The translations under genes and the position numbers were made by a program. From IMG/VR virus record IMGVR_UViG_3300022179_000289, positions 1 through 58,265 of that record: a stretch of 58,265 nt of DNA; one strand, given 5' to 3'. Source of the stretch: a virus. Taxonomy: Duplodnaviria; Caudoviricetes. Position 1 is the stretch's first letter, and every line of letters starts with the position of its first letter. The notes under the pieces were generated by a model. That model saw nothing but the letters and a program-made list of their open reading frames with translations. It was not told the origin of the DNA and searched no databases. Of the stretch, positions 16,435-26,943 are shown piece by piece.

Positions 16435-19400
16435 ATTGTTCCTTCTTCACCCCGTTATAGACCGAGTTGAACGCTGCGTAGTACTCGTTCTTCTGGCCAC
16501 GGTAGTAATCCAGCACTGCTTTCTCTTCCTCATCCGTCTTGGCCAAAGCCATGGATGCCTTCTGCTCTTTATTGATTCGGTCAAGATTGGCTTCAACAGC
16601 CTTGTATGCGTCCATGATGCGCGGGTCGGTATCCATGTAAAACTCAGCGCCTTGGGCCATCTGCTGCTCTGGCGTTAGCTTGCTGAGACGGTTCATAATC
16701 TGCCGGACAGTACTGGAGTTCTCATAATATTTGGTTTGTGGCGCGTACTCAGACCCTGTACCCACGAAGCTCTTGATGCCGGGGATGTCAGCCATACCCT
16801 CGGCTTCTTTGATACCAACCATCTGCTTGGCAAGCTGGTAAGGCCCACCGAAATAGCTCTCGATAAAGTGGCGATACACCTCAGGCTGGAAGTCCATACC
16901 CCCGCTGACTGCTGCGGAGCCGCCAGTTACTGAGTTAAGCGTCTTAGCCAAGCCCTTCCAGAAGTCCCCTGTGGTTTCACGCCCAAGCTCAGAGCGCGGT
17001 GCGCTGTCAAACGTACGCTCCTTGTAGATGGGCGACCCGAAGAAGTTCCGGTTGATGATGTTTTCCATGAAGGGCTTACCAACCAGCGGCGTCATCGCAA
17101 TCCCAACGGACTGGACATCTGTGCCGGGGATACGCGTGGGCAGCATAAGGCTGGTAAAGCCGGACACAAGCCCTGTGGTTGCTTCAGAAGGCGCTATGGC
17201 CCCAGCCATCACGTCGCCAATCTTGTTACCAACGAACTTGAAATAGCCCAGCATCGGGTCAATCGGTATCTTGGTGTAGTCATCCGGACCGTCACCGTAG
17301 TATATGATGAAGCGGCTTGCGCGCAGGCCCGCACCAAGGTCTTGGTCGAGATGGTCCTCTTGCCCGTCATCATCGGCATCACCGGCCTGCATCGCGTTCC
17401 AGATTGACTCCATCACACCGACAGCAATCATCCCACCGAACACCTTAGTAAGTGCTCTGGGGTTCGAAGCGATACGCAAGGTTTTACGGGTACTCTCAAC
17501 GCCAGCGCCGAAGAACGGGAAGATGAGGTCGAGGCCGCGTGCCATTTCACCACGACGCGTAAGGTTCAGTGAAGAGTCCAGAGCGAGGCGCGCTGCATCC
17601 GCAGGCTCGATGCCGTAATGTGTAGCCGCCCGGTAGGTTGCAAAACGTGCGTTAAGGTCCATGACATCAGCCAGACCGTCCACCCACTGGTTCAACCCTT
17701 CCCAGAGTTTAGCCGGACGCTCCTTGGCGGGCAGGTTCTCTAGCCCTTTCATAGCCCGGATAGCACGTGAGGCCACACTGGCGCTCTCCTCGACATTCAA
17801 GAAGCGCGTTTGGAGCGGTGCACCACCAGCGTCAATCATCTCCTGCAACTGCTTGCTCGTTGCGTCATCAAGCGGGGCTTTACCAAACACATAGCGGCCA
17901 ATGGCAGAACCTGTGCCGGAGAATGGCAGGCTGTACAGGAACGTTCGAGCCGCCAGATTTTTACCAAAAGCAGGACTACCCTTGAGGTTCTGGTTGGCCA
18001 TAGCCGTTGCAATCGCAGCCGACGTATCGCGGAACGGAGCCACAAACATCAGATACAAGGGGTTCTTGTACGTCAGCATCCCCTTCATGAAGTTGTTAAT
18101 GATGGCGAGCGTTTTGAGCGCACCTTTCATCTGCTCCGGACGCATATTGGCAAACATACGCTTGAGGTCTGCGCCTGCACCCTGCTCCGCAAACTCAACG
18201 TAGTAATTGGCCCCATTGTCTTTGATGAGCGTATAAGTACCGGGCGGGCTGTTCCGGTACGCCTTCTCCATGTCGATGGCTTCCCAGCGCCCACCGGGCG
18301 TGTCGTTGCTCACCATCACCCGCTTGGGGTTGGTTTTGGTGTAGACGTTGAGGATACCCTCAAAAATGCTGGGGTCTTTTTTCCATGCGCGAATAATCGG
18401 GCGCATGGCTTGGTTCTCGACGTTGCTACGTACCGTCGCTTCTGCATCTTGGAACAGATTAAAGAGCGGGTGGAACGGCATCGAGCCACGACCAAAGGCT
18501 TGGCGGATTTCATTCACAGTCCCACCGGGGGCCGCAGCGCGCAACGCACGCATAGCCTCTGCTTGGCGGCTCTCGATCTCGGTATCGCCCTCTAGGTCTG
18601 ATGTGAGCATATCGCCATCCTTGGCGAAACCCTTGAGTGGCATGTAATACTTCTGCTTGGCACGCATGGCATCAGCCTGCGCCTGTGACATTTTCCCAGC
18701 CTTGACGCGTTCAGCCAACGTGAAATCCACAAGGGCATCAGCCTTACGTGCGACTTGGTTGAGCTTGGCGAGCTTACCTTCTTCCTTGAACTTGGCGAGA
18801 ATTTCGCTGGCCTGCGCCGTTGTGAGACCTGAGCCGCCTTCAGGGAAGTTTTCAGGGTTGGTTTCAGCCACATCCCGGTTGCGATCCGGAGCGCTGCGTG
18901 CCCATAGGTAAAGACCCAAGTCGCCGAGATCGACGCCAAGTTTGCCTGTCATCTCGATGATCGGGTCGAAGAAGTCCCGCTGGAGGTTACGCGATTTACC
19001 AGCCTGTTGGGTTTGCAGTGTTTCTAACTTAGCCGCAGTCTGAAACTCTTCGGGAAGCGTCTCATAACCAAGGCTGGACTGCATCCAAGTGTCAAGCGCC
19101 TTGGAACCTTCGAAGCTATCAGCAAGCTTCCGCCGCGTTCTAGCCAACCAATTAGGGACGAGGTTGAGGGGAGTCCTCTGCGGCTCAAGCGTAGGCTCTG
19201 GGGTAGGTTCCGGTGTTAGTGGACTCGGCTCCGCATCTGGGCCGACCGTAGGAGGAACAGGAGGTACCCCACCGACTCCCACTGCTTCCGGTCCAACTCC
19301 GCTAACCCCGCTGGGAGCGGCACCGACAACTTCGGGTCCTCCACTAGGCGGAACGCTAACTCCAACTCCTTCGTCGATAGATGTTGTAGGTCTTCCAGTT

Positions 19401-21136
19401 CCTGCATCTGGGGTCTCCTGCTGGGTACGCCGATTAAATTCTGCTTCGATCTCTGGGGCGTTGTTGGCAGCATATTGCTGCATCTCTAGGTCAGCCGTGG
19501 ATGTACCCCGACCTTCACCCGCCATGTAGCGATCAACGTATGACTGAGGTGTAAATTCAGGTGTAGTCAATTCAGGCGCGGCTGAAACATTAACTTCGGG
19601 TACGGCTGCGGCTTCAAGGACCTCAACACCATTCTTTGCCAATGTCGCCCGTGCCACCGTTACAGGATCAAAGGTCTCGCCCCGCGCTGCTTGCTGTGCG
19701 ATCTGGGTGGAAATCTGGTTGTATACCTTCTTAGATATGCTCGTCGCCTCAATACCCGGCAGCGACTCCACAATGGACGTAGCTACATCCAGCGCTGCTG
19801 CTTTGCGCGCTTCCATGTTGGGTGCTTCGTACACGGAAGTAAGGTCTGGGGCGGCTGCTACCGGTGCTACTTCTGCAACCGGTGTTACTTCTTCAACCGG
19901 TGCCACTTCATCCAGCATCTGGCGGGCTTGCACCAAGGCACCCGTATAAGGCTCCGCAATATCCGGAGTATATTTAGTTCCCGCCGCAATATCATCTTCA
20001 CGCGCAGCGATAAACGAGCGCGCAGCCTCAACATCTTCTGGGCGTCCAGTGGCGAGAGCGTTGGATACCGTCCGGCTAAGCGCATCTACAGCGGCATTTG
20101 CTCCACGAGATAGCTCAGGACCAGCGGCTTCGGCCAGTGTGGCTCGTACAGCTTCTGGTTTTACACCCGTCGTAGGGAGAATTTCTGGGAGTGTTGCTTC
20201 TCCCTCAGCCTCAGCTTCTGCGTCAGCTTGGGCAGCTTTTGCCTCCGCCCTTTCACTACGTGTAGATAGCGCACCCGAGACACCACCGAAACCACCACCC
20301 AATAAGAGCGCGCCAAGGGCCGCTTGACCGTATTCACTTTGGGCTTCGTCATCTGCCAAAGACAGACCTGCCTGCCAGCGCTCAAGACCTTGTTGTGCAA
20401 TTTCCTGTGGTACTTCGAAGGCGATACCCTTACCAACGCCGGTAGCGATACCCTTGGTGAACTTAATCGTACCATTTGCCGCTGCGTCAGCCAGAACTTC
20501 TCCAGCCTCCTGCGCAGCCTTACCGCCAGCTTGACCCAGCAATGGCTTCATGAATGGGAAGGCTTTAGCAATACCTGTGAAGACTTTACCTCCAGCCACA
20601 TCAAGCGCGGTCTGTCCGGTAGCTGCCAAGATAGCTTTACCTACCGAAGTATCCTCAGGCTTCTTACCTGCGGCTATGGCCGCTTCCTGCTCCTGCGCCT
20701 GACGCAGAAGGTTCTGAGACGTATACTGGGCACCCGAAACTGTGCTCGCAGCGGCAAGACCGCCAATAGGAGTAGATACGAACGAAGCACCGACACCTGC
20801 GGCAACAGGAGCCGCAAGCTGGCCGATTGAGCCGCCGAGCAACTGCTTAAATGCTTCCCAGTTCTCACCCTCACCAAAACCTACTTGGCGAAACTTAGAC
20901 TCGCCAGCCTTGATAAGCGCACGACGGTTCTTCTCGCTCGGATCAGCGGCAAAGGCCGCAGCTTCGTCAGTAATCCCAAGGGTTTGGGCACCCTCCATCA
21001 AGGAGCCAAAGAAACCAGCGGCTTCCTTTTGGGGGCGAAGCCCTTCTGGTAGCATATCGGCAGGTACGGCTTTAGGGGCGGCTGGAGCCGCCCGGAGACC
21101 TTGGGGAAGGAGATTGGCTGGTACGGGAGTGGGCAT
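16433..21136 (-). CDS. large internal virion/ejection protein with LPD38-like C-terminal region
   Basis: 1567 aa, last late gene; Ala/Gly-rich hydrophobic N-terminal third, Pro/Glu linker, ENIINRNFFGSPIY motif. Confidence 0.7.
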   Translation of the reverse strand: MPTPVPANLLPQGLRAAPAAPKAVPADMLPEGLRPQKEAAGFFGSLMEGAQTLGITDEAAAFAADPSEKNRRALIKAGESKFRQVGFGEGENWEAFKQLLGGSIGQLAAPVAAGVGASFVSTPIGGLAAASTVSGAQYTSQNLLRQAQEQEAAIAAGKKPEDTSVGKAILAATGQTALDVAGGKVFTGIAKAFPFMKPLLGQAGGKAAQEAGEVLADAAANGTIKFTKGIATGVGKGIAFEVPQEIAQQGLERWQAGLSLADDEAQSEYGQAALGALLLGGGFGGVSGALSTRSERAEAKAAQADAEAEAEGEATLPEILPTTGVKPEAVRATLAEAAGPELSRGANAAVDALSRTVSNALATGRPEDVEAARSFIAAREDDIAAGTKYTPDIAEPYTGALVQARQMLDEVAPVEEVTPVAEVAPVAAAPDLTSVYEAPNMEARKAAALDVATSIVESLPGIEATSISKKVYNQISTQIAQQAARGETFDPVTVARATLAKNGVEVLEAAAVPEVNVSAAPELTTPEFTPQSYVDRYMAGEGRGTSTADLEMQQYAANNAPEIEAEFNRRTQQETPDAGTGRPTTSIDEGVGVSVPPSGGPEVVGAAPSGVSGVGPEAVGVGGVPPVPPTVGPDAEPSPLTPEPTPEPTLEPQRTPLNLVPNWLARTRRKLADSFEGSKALDTWMQSSLGYETLPEEFQTAAKLETLQTQQAGKSRNLQRDFFDPIIEMTGKLGVDLGDLGLYLWARSAPDRNRDVAETNPENFPEGGSGLTTAQASEILAKFKEEGKLAKLNQVARKADALVDFTLAERVKAGKMSQAQADAMRAKQKYYMPLKGFAKDGDMLTSDLEGDTEIESRQAEAMRALRAAAPGGTVNEIRQAFGRGSMPFHPLFNLFQDAEATVRSNVENQAMRPIIRAWKKDPSIFEGILNVYTKTNPKRVMVSNDTPGGRWEAIDMEKAYRNSPPGTYTLIKDNGANYYVEFAEQGAGADLKRMFANMRPEQMKGALKTLAIINNFMKGMLTYKNPLYLMFVAPFRDTSAAIATAMANQNLKGSPAFGKNLAARTFLYSLPFSGTGSAIGRYVFGKAPLDDATSKQLQEMIDAGGAPLQTRFLNVEESASVASRAIRAMKGLENLPAKERPAKLWEGLNQWVDGLADVMDLNARFATYRAATHYGIEPADAARLALDSSLNLTRRGEMARGLDLIFPFFGAGVESTRKTLRIASNPRALTKVFGGMIAVGVMESIWNAMQAGDADDDGQEDHLDQDLGAGLRASRFIIYYGDGPDDYTKIPIDPMLGYFKFVGNKIGDVMAGAIAPSEATTGLVSGFTSLMLPTRIPGTDVQSVGIAMTPLVGKPFMENIINRNFFGSPIYKERTFDSAPRSELGRETTGDFWKGLAKTLNSVTGGSAAVSGGMDFQPEVYRHFIESYFGGPYQLAKQMVGIKEAEGMADIPGIKSFVGTGSEYAPQTKYYENSSTVRQIMNRLSKLTPEQQMAQGAEFYMDTDPRIMDAYKAVEANLDRINKEQKASMALAKTDEEEKAVLDYYRGQKNEYYAAFNSVYNGVKKEQ

Positions 21137-21151
21137 GGATACCTTCCTAGC

Positions 21152-22774
21152 TTAAGGGTAGACCCACTGACCACCCTGAAATACAATCGTACGACCTTTT
21201 GTGTCCTTGGCTGTTTGGCCTTCGGAGAAACCGCTCGCACCCTGACGTCCCGCTTCCACGATTGCCTTCGGGTCTACCGTATTGGTCGTAGAAGAAGGAT
21301 TTCTTGCTGCGTATACCCGCTTAGCCGCTTCATGTTGTGGCGAACCCGGAGGATACACCAACAAGTATCGTGTGACCGTATCGTTGATGTCTTCAGGTTT
21401 GGTGAGGTTAGCTTGGCGAATTTGTTCGTTGAGGTTTTTCTCAGCCACAGCAACTTGGCGTTCATCGAGTTCCAGCTTTTTAGTAAACTGTTGCTGCGAC
21501 ATATTTGTCTTGGCCGCTTCGGTAGCCATGTTCCAGAGTGGAATAGCTTCCTTGCGATCCTTAGCACCCAGTTCAACCATAAGCTCAAGCCCACGATCCT
21601 TAAGCGCCTTGCGTTCTTTCTTGTCCGCAGAAGCACCGGGAAGCGCAGCGGCGGCAGCCTCACCCACTGCTTGAAGCAGCGAAGGTGACTTGGAACTTGC
21701 CATGTTAAACCCAATGGCCGCCAGCGTCTCCCACAGGGATTCCTTGCGTAGCTTGTTCTGATATTCGTCCGAAGTCAGTTCTTCAGCACGAGCCGCCAAC
21801 TTAGCACGCGATGCTCGTTCTTCCTCAGAAGGGCCAAAGCGCTGTTGCAGCCTACCAAATATATCTTCGACGGATGCGACCTGCCCCTCAACGGTATTGA
21901 TATCGCGCTGGGGTGCTATGGAGGGAGCGTCACTGGGACGTGCACCTGCGCGCACTTTTTCACCCAGCTTAGGTCCGGGTTCGATATGAACGCTGTTACC
22001 CTTAGAAGGCAATACGTCGTAGTCGGCACCGAATACGCTCTTCAACTGCGATATGAACTGGGGTTTGCTCATGCCGGGAGGGACGCTAACGTCACGTGCA
22101 GCGTCGATAAGATGGTAACTGCCAGCTACGCCCCCTACCTCTGCGTTCCTAGCAGGAGTACGGGCACGGCCTGCTATCTGGATATTAGGGTCTAGTCTGC
22201 GAACCGTCTGCTCAATGAAATCACCGAACCCACCGCTAGCGGAACCACCATTAGCAAACGCCACAAGGCCACCACCTGCGTAGCCGTCGTTAAACCCACC
22301 GTTGCGACTTTCGTCGAACATATCGTCAGGAAGCGGGAGGTCAGAAAGTCCACTGCCAGCCATATACGGGGGAACCATACCGCCCATAGCCATGCCCATT
22401 GGTGCTTCTTCAGTAGGCATTTCTTCCATAGGCATTTCAGGGGCAGGCATCTGCTCGGCCATCATGGCAGCTTCTGGTGTAGCGCCGAGACCCGCTGGAG
22501 CAGGAGCGGGAGGCTGCATACCTCCCTGTGGTATAGCACCCATACCCGGCGCGACAGGGGCCGGAGGAGCAAATACTTGTTGGGCTACCGTCTGTTGTGG
22601 AGCTTGTTCCGTTTGCGCAGCCGACCGCATACGGTCGATAAACATACCCGCCATCGTGCCAGCCGTAGGGTCAACGATCCCCATCTGCATGGCTTCAGCA
22701 ATCTTCTGCTTGTTACCACCGTAATCCTTGGCAATCTGCTCAGGGGACTGGAGGTTATAAGGTTTGGTCTCCAT
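21152..22774 (-). CDS. internal virion protein with M15-like peptidoglycan peptidase domain
   Basis: R..ARNAEVGG..GSYHLIDAARD...SVHIE zinc-peptidase pattern inside a helical protein. Confidence 0.65.
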   Translation of the reverse strand: METKPYNLQSPEQIAKDYGGNKQKIAEAMQMGIVDPTAGTMAGMFIDRMRSAAQTEQAPQQTVAQQVFAPPAPVAPGMGAIPQGGMQPPAPAPAGLGATPEAAMMAEQMPAPEMPMEEMPTEEAPMGMAMGGMVPPYMAGSGLSDLPLPDDMFDESRNGGFNDGYAGGGLVAFANGGSASGGFGDFIEQTVRRLDPNIQIAGRARTPARNAEVGGVAGSYHLIDAARDVSVPPGMSKPQFISQLKSVFGADYDVLPSKGNSVHIEPGPKLGEKVRAGARPSDAPSIAPQRDINTVEGQVASVEDIFGRLQQRFGPSEEERASRAKLAARAEELTSDEYQNKLRKESLWETLAAIGFNMASSKSPSLLQAVGEAAAAALPGASADKKERKALKDRGLELMVELGAKDRKEAIPLWNMATEAAKTNMSQQQFTKKLELDERQVAVAEKNLNEQIRQANLTKPEDINDTVTRYLLVYPPGSPQHEAAKRVYAARNPSSTTNTVDPKAIVEAGRQGASGFSEGQTAKDTKGRTIVFQGGQWVYP

Positions 22775-22780
22775 TAGTTA

Positions 22781-24793
22781 TCAACCCCCTTTGTACATAT
22801 TATAAAGGCTGGCAGCGCCAAGACCCGCACCAAGAAGCTGCTGCCCAATACCCGGCTGCTGAGCGTAAGTCGAGGTCGTCGAGTTTGGTGCGACTGGAAC
22901 GCCACGTAGCAAGCTGCTATACTGCTGCAACTGCTCCATCGGATAGTCGCGCTGACGTAAGAAATCTTGGTACGCCATGTCGAGGTACTGCTGTTGGAGC
23001 GCCTGCTGTTGCGCCGCAGTCTGGGTCTGTTGACCAAACCGTGCAAGGTCGGCCTGTGAACGAGCACTGCCGATGTTGGTGAGGGTCTGACCCATTTGAC
23101 CCGCCTGTCCAAGCCCTGCGAGGCGTTGACCCGCCCCGAATTGACGCGACTGCTCCGCCATGCGCTGACGCTCAAGGTCCGCCTGCTGGTTAGATTGAAG
23201 TGCAGCGAGGCCCGTTTGGGCACCCAGACGCTGAGTATCCAGTGCGGCGCTAAGATTCTGCTGGCCCGTCGTAAGCTGCGCCTGCTGGTTGGCCAATGCT
23301 GCGCGCATCGCCTGTTCGGCGTTAAGCCCCTGTGTCTGAAGCTGGGCTGCCAAGTTCTGGACATTTGCCTGCGAAGCAGAGTCGAGGTTAGCAAGAGCGG
23401 ATTGCAACCCTGTCTGGGTGCTAAGCTGCTGAGCCTGCATCTGGGCTTGCTGATTTGCCTGAAGCCGCGTGACGTCCACACCCTGATTGGCCAGTGCTGC
23501 GCGCAACGCGTTGTCTGCGTTCATGCCCTGAGCTTGGAACTGCTGCGCTTGGTTGTTGACCCGCGACTGCTGCTCGTTCGACAGGTTCTGCATTGCCGTC
23601 TGGAGGTTCTGCTGCGCACCCAGTTCTTGCACACCGAGCCGAGCAGCGAGGTTCTGCTGACCTGTAGTGAGGCCAGCCTGCTGGTTGGCCAGTGCCGCCT
23701 TCATGGCGTTATCCGCAGACATACCCTGCGCTTGGAACTGCATAGCCTGATTGTTGACGTTGGCTTGCTGCTCGTTGGACAGGTTAGCCAAAGATGCTTG
23801 CAAGCCGGTGCTGACGCCCAACTGTTGTTGTTGAAGCGCTGCTTGGAGGTTCTGTTGACCTGTGGTCATGCCCGCTGCGCGGTCGCGCTCAAACTGTTGT
23901 TGCGCACTTTCATACGCCGCCTGCCGACCACGAGCATCAATATCACCAAGCTGCTGGCCGAGGTTGCGTTCGCGTTCTAATCCAGCAAGAAGCTGGCGAG
24001 ACCCACCATAGGTGCCCTGACGCGATGCGCCGAGGTCTTGGACAAGCTGCGCTTGCTTCGCGCTACGGATAGCTTCGCGCTTCTGCGGCTCCATTACGGC
24101 TTCCGCAAATGGCGACATGTACTTCTGGGCTTGCTCTAAACCAAAAGCCTGCGGCCCTTCCATGCGGAACTGCTCAAGCGGACCTTGGCCGTAGCTTGTC
24201 TGCGCAGCCTGCATCATGGGGGCATTTACATCATAACCACCAACACGCTCAGCAGGTCCCATCTGGAATGCTTCAAGGTCTGGACGATAGCCGCTCTGCG
24301 CAGCCTGCATGTCCTGTGCCGATACGCCCTGTGCACCAACGTCACGGGCATTACCCATCATGTAGGCTTGAACCTGTGGGCTAAACCCAGTCTGAGCAGC
24401 CTGCATCTGCGGCGAGCCATATTCCCCGCTTTGCACCATGCTGGGTGCACCCATGCTGTACTGTTGGAGGTTGGGCATCCCGATCTGCTGCGCGCCAAAC
24501 CGACCGGCGTTGTACTGTGAAGCCTGTAAAGAGCCAAGACCCGCAGCGGCAGCCAAACCACCAGCTTGCCCAAACTCACCCGGCGTCTGTTGGTTCAGGA
24601 TATTCTGCTGTAGGTTTTTCTGTTGGTCAGTGAACCCAGAAATGCGCTCTTGTTCGTAGGGGGTGTAACCCTTGGTTAGTTCAGTACCCGCACGCTGCAT
24701 CAACCCTTCAAAATAGGGACGTGCGTATTCGGGGAGGTTAGACTGGGTTACCTCTTGTTTGACTGGTTGATTGCTGCTGCCACCCTTAGCCAT
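22781..24793 (-). CDS. Gln/Ala-rich internal virion (DNA pilot/ejection) protein
   Basis: 11-residue Q/N periodicity; C-terminal Gly-rich hydrophobic helix; start likely MAKGG at 24793. Confidence 0.7.
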   Translation of the reverse strand: MAKGGSSNQPVKQEVTQSNLPEYARPYFEGLMQRAGTELTKGYTPYEQERISGFTDQQKNLQQNILNQQTPGEFGQAGGLAAAAGLGSLQASQYNAGRFGAQQIGMPNLQQYSMGAPSMVQSGEYGSPQMQAAQTGFSPQVQAYMMGNARDVGAQGVSAQDMQAAQSGYRPDLEAFQMGPAERVGGYDVNAPMMQAAQTSYGQGPLEQFRMEGPQAFGLEQAQKYMSPFAEAVMEPQKREAIRSAKQAQLVQDLGASRQGTYGGSRQLLAGLERERNLGQQLGDIDARGRQAAYESAQQQFERDRAAGMTTGQQNLQAALQQQQLGVSTGLQASLANLSNEQQANVNNQAMQFQAQGMSADNAMKAALANQQAGLTTGQQNLAARLGVQELGAQQNLQTAMQNLSNEQQSRVNNQAQQFQAQGMNADNALRAALANQGVDVTRLQANQQAQMQAQQLSTQTGLQSALANLDSASQANVQNLAAQLQTQGLNAEQAMRAALANQQAQLTTGQQNLSAALDTQRLGAQTGLAALQSNQQADLERQRMAEQSRQFGAGQRLAGLGQAGQMGQTLTNIGSARSQADLARFGQQTQTAAQQQALQQQYLDMAYQDFLRQRDYPMEQLQQYSSLLRGVPVAPNSTTSTYAQQPGIGQQLLGAGLGAASLYNMYKGG

Positions 24794-25226
24794 TCTGACC
24801 TCCAAAGCCCGCTTCAGCTACGGGTAATTCAAACACTTGCCACAATACACGATATCCGTCATCTTTAAAAGCACGTGCAAGCCCAAGCCTGCCCGATGCT
24901 TCGATAACATCACATCCGCTATCCCGTGCCCAGTTTTGCAACGTGGACAGCATTTCGTCTTTCCAACTAAACCCATCGTCACCAGCAAGAAAGACTAGAT
25001 CGAGGCAATTCTTGCGCGGATACTGCCAGAAGCGGGTGATCGTCACACCCTTAATATCGTCTTCGTCAAGGACAACCCATAAATGTGCCTGCCCGTTAAG
25101 CACAATTTCAATGATATCTTCTGGTTCGTAGCGCCCAAAAGTATATTCCGCAGCGCTACTGAGGTAGGGAAACACGCGGGGCCAAAGCCCCCGAGCCAAT
25201 TCAGGAGGAACCAGACTTACTTCCAT
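24786..25226 (-). CDS. GNAT-like small morphogenesis protein
   Basis: LVFLAG...WARDSGCDVIEASGRLG; sits among ejection genes as in other podoviruses. Confidence 0.55.
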   Translation of the reverse strand: MEVSLVPPELARGLWPRVFPYLSSAAEYTFGRYEPEDIIEIVLNGQAHLWVVLDEDDIKGVTITRFWQYPRKNCLDLVFLAGDDGFSWKDEMLSTLQNWARDSGCDVIEASGRLGLARAFKDDGYRVLWQVFELPVAEAGFGGQNG

Positions 25227-26884
25227 TATACGAGACCCCGACGTAGTTTAGTATCTTGCCCGCGCTTGGCTTTCTTCCGAGCTTTGTGAGCCTTATCCAT
25301 GAGCGCGTATAGTTTATCAGCGCCACGCTTCGGGTTGCCCTTACCGATTTTACGCACTGCTTCCGCAGGTATAATAGCTTCGTCACGCGCAACACGCGCA
25401 GGCTGCTTACGACCAATACGAGCAGGGATACTATCACTTACTCCATCACCGGGACCTTGGATTGGCCTACCACCAATACGGCGCAGGGCTTCAAGACCCG
25501 CGTTGCTGCTGCCATTACCAAGTTCAGACACCGTGCGCGCATCGAGCACAAAGGCTCCATCGGCCAGTTCGACTTCACCGCCATCAGCGAAGCCTTCTTC
25601 CTGTTCACCCATATACGGCACAAAACGCTGGCCATACATCGGGGAACCCTTAGGCGTCTTCTTGTTGGTGGGTAGCAAATAGTTCTGCATGATGGGTGTG
25701 CCCGGTGCAGTGGACGATCCCGGCTGCACAATCTGACCCTGCGTGTTGTAAACTTCGGGCATATCGATATCGAAGTAACGACGCTCCTTGGACGAACCAA
25801 GGATTTCACTGGTGTCCTTAGCAAAGCTCGGCGTGCGCTTCTGCGCCGTGTACGGTCCTTGGTAGGAGTTATCCATCATACCGTTTGAACCCATGGTGCC
25901 CATTGAGGGGGTCATCGCACCACTGACACCTTGGAGAACACCCGAAGCAGCCAGCATCGGCGCAGCTTTAGAAACAATACCGGGAGTGCCACCGGGCAGA
26001 CCAGCGCGAACCGCTTGGCCGAAACGCGAACCTAAACCGCCTGTGAATTGTGCGCCTGTTGTTGCCGTTGTCGCCGTAGGCGCTACGCCTGTTAGCGCTG
26101 CTTGTGTTCCTGAACCGATTGGGCCACCACTAAGTAGGGCTGCGGGGTTAGCCGCACCGGCAGTACCCGACCCTATACCGGGAATAACCTTATCAGAAAA
26201 CGCCCCCGCATACCCGCCGGGAGCACCAGTCACAGCCCCTTTTGCTGTTACGTTTACGGCGTTTTCAACAGCGGGTGTGCCTAATTTAGCTAATTCACCC
26301 AAAGCGTTTGCACCTTGGGAAATACCCTGACCCATATTAGCGCCAAAGAAACCAGCTTTATCTCCGAGCAAGCCAAAACCTGTTTCAGAAAGCTTACCAC
26401 CAAGACCCGCCATACCAGCCATACCAGCACCACCGAATGCACCGAGGCCAGCCATGAGGCCCTTCTTCAAACTACCAGTGCGTGCAAACTGACCTGCGCC
26501 TACGATACCAGCAGCAAGGGGAGCACCGACGCCAGTAGCCGCTAAGGCTGCGCCAAGGATCGTTGGGAGTAGTTTACCAAGCCAGCCCGCTTCGGGCAGA
26601 CCTGTCTGTGGGTTAATAGTAAGTGAGCCACCTGTGGCCATAGCCAGACCTTGGAGGCTGTTAACTTCACCCGGCGTCATGTGGACAAGCATGGAGTCAT
26701 CGCCACGACCGAAGCTACGGAGTTGTTCCGCCATTGGGTTAGCAAGAACGGAGAGACCACCCTGCGAAGGCAAGCCGCCAGTCATGCCCGGAACCTGCTG
26801 CCCAAGCATGGGAGGGTTACCAACCGGTGGTTGCCCAGTGTTCATTTCTGCGTATGTTGGCGGAGCAGCCTGCATGTCCATCAT
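25226..26884 (-). CDS. Gly-rich internal virion/ejection protein
   Basis: GRGDDSMLVHMTPGE..TINPQTGLPEA, hydrophobic Gly/Ala helices, GPGDGVSDSIPA. Confidence 0.7.
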   Translation of the reverse strand: MMDMQAAPPTYAEMNTGQPPVGNPPMLGQQVPGMTGGLPSQGGLSVLANPMAEQLRSFGRGDDSMLVHMTPGEVNSLQGLAMATGGSLTINPQTGLPEAGWLGKLLPTILGAALAATGVGAPLAAGIVGAGQFARTGSLKKGLMAGLGAFGGAGMAGMAGLGGKLSETGFGLLGDKAGFFGANMGQGISQGANALGELAKLGTPAVENAVNVTAKGAVTGAPGGYAGAFSDKVIPGIGSGTAGAANPAALLSGGPIGSGTQAALTGVAPTATTATTGAQFTGGLGSRFGQAVRAGLPGGTPGIVSKAAPMLAASGVLQGVSGAMTPSMGTMGSNGMMDNSYQGPYTAQKRTPSFAKDTSEILGSSKERRYFDIDMPEVYNTQGQIVQPGSSTAPGTPIMQNYLLPTNKKTPKGSPMYGQRFVPYMGEQEEGFADGGEVELADGAFVLDARTVSELGNGSSNAGLEALRRIGGRPIQGPGDGVSDSIPARIGRKQPARVARDEAIIPAEAVRKIGKGNPKRGADKLYALMDKAHKARKKAKRGQDTKLRRGLV

Positions 26885-26906
26885 GATTACCTACCTTGTA
26901 CCTACG

Positions 26907-26935
26907 CTTATAGCGTTAATCTGCTTAAAACCAAA
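26907..26935 (-). promoter_or_regulatory. possible internal late promoter
   Basis: GCTATAAG -10-like box with weak TTTGGT at 17 nt, in one of the few intergenic gaps. Confidence 0.3.
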
Positions 26936-26943
26936 TACCATTC

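Noticed and set aside
26915-26930. TTAA pair as a CtrA box
   Set aside because: Spacing is N5, not TTAA-N7-TTAA.
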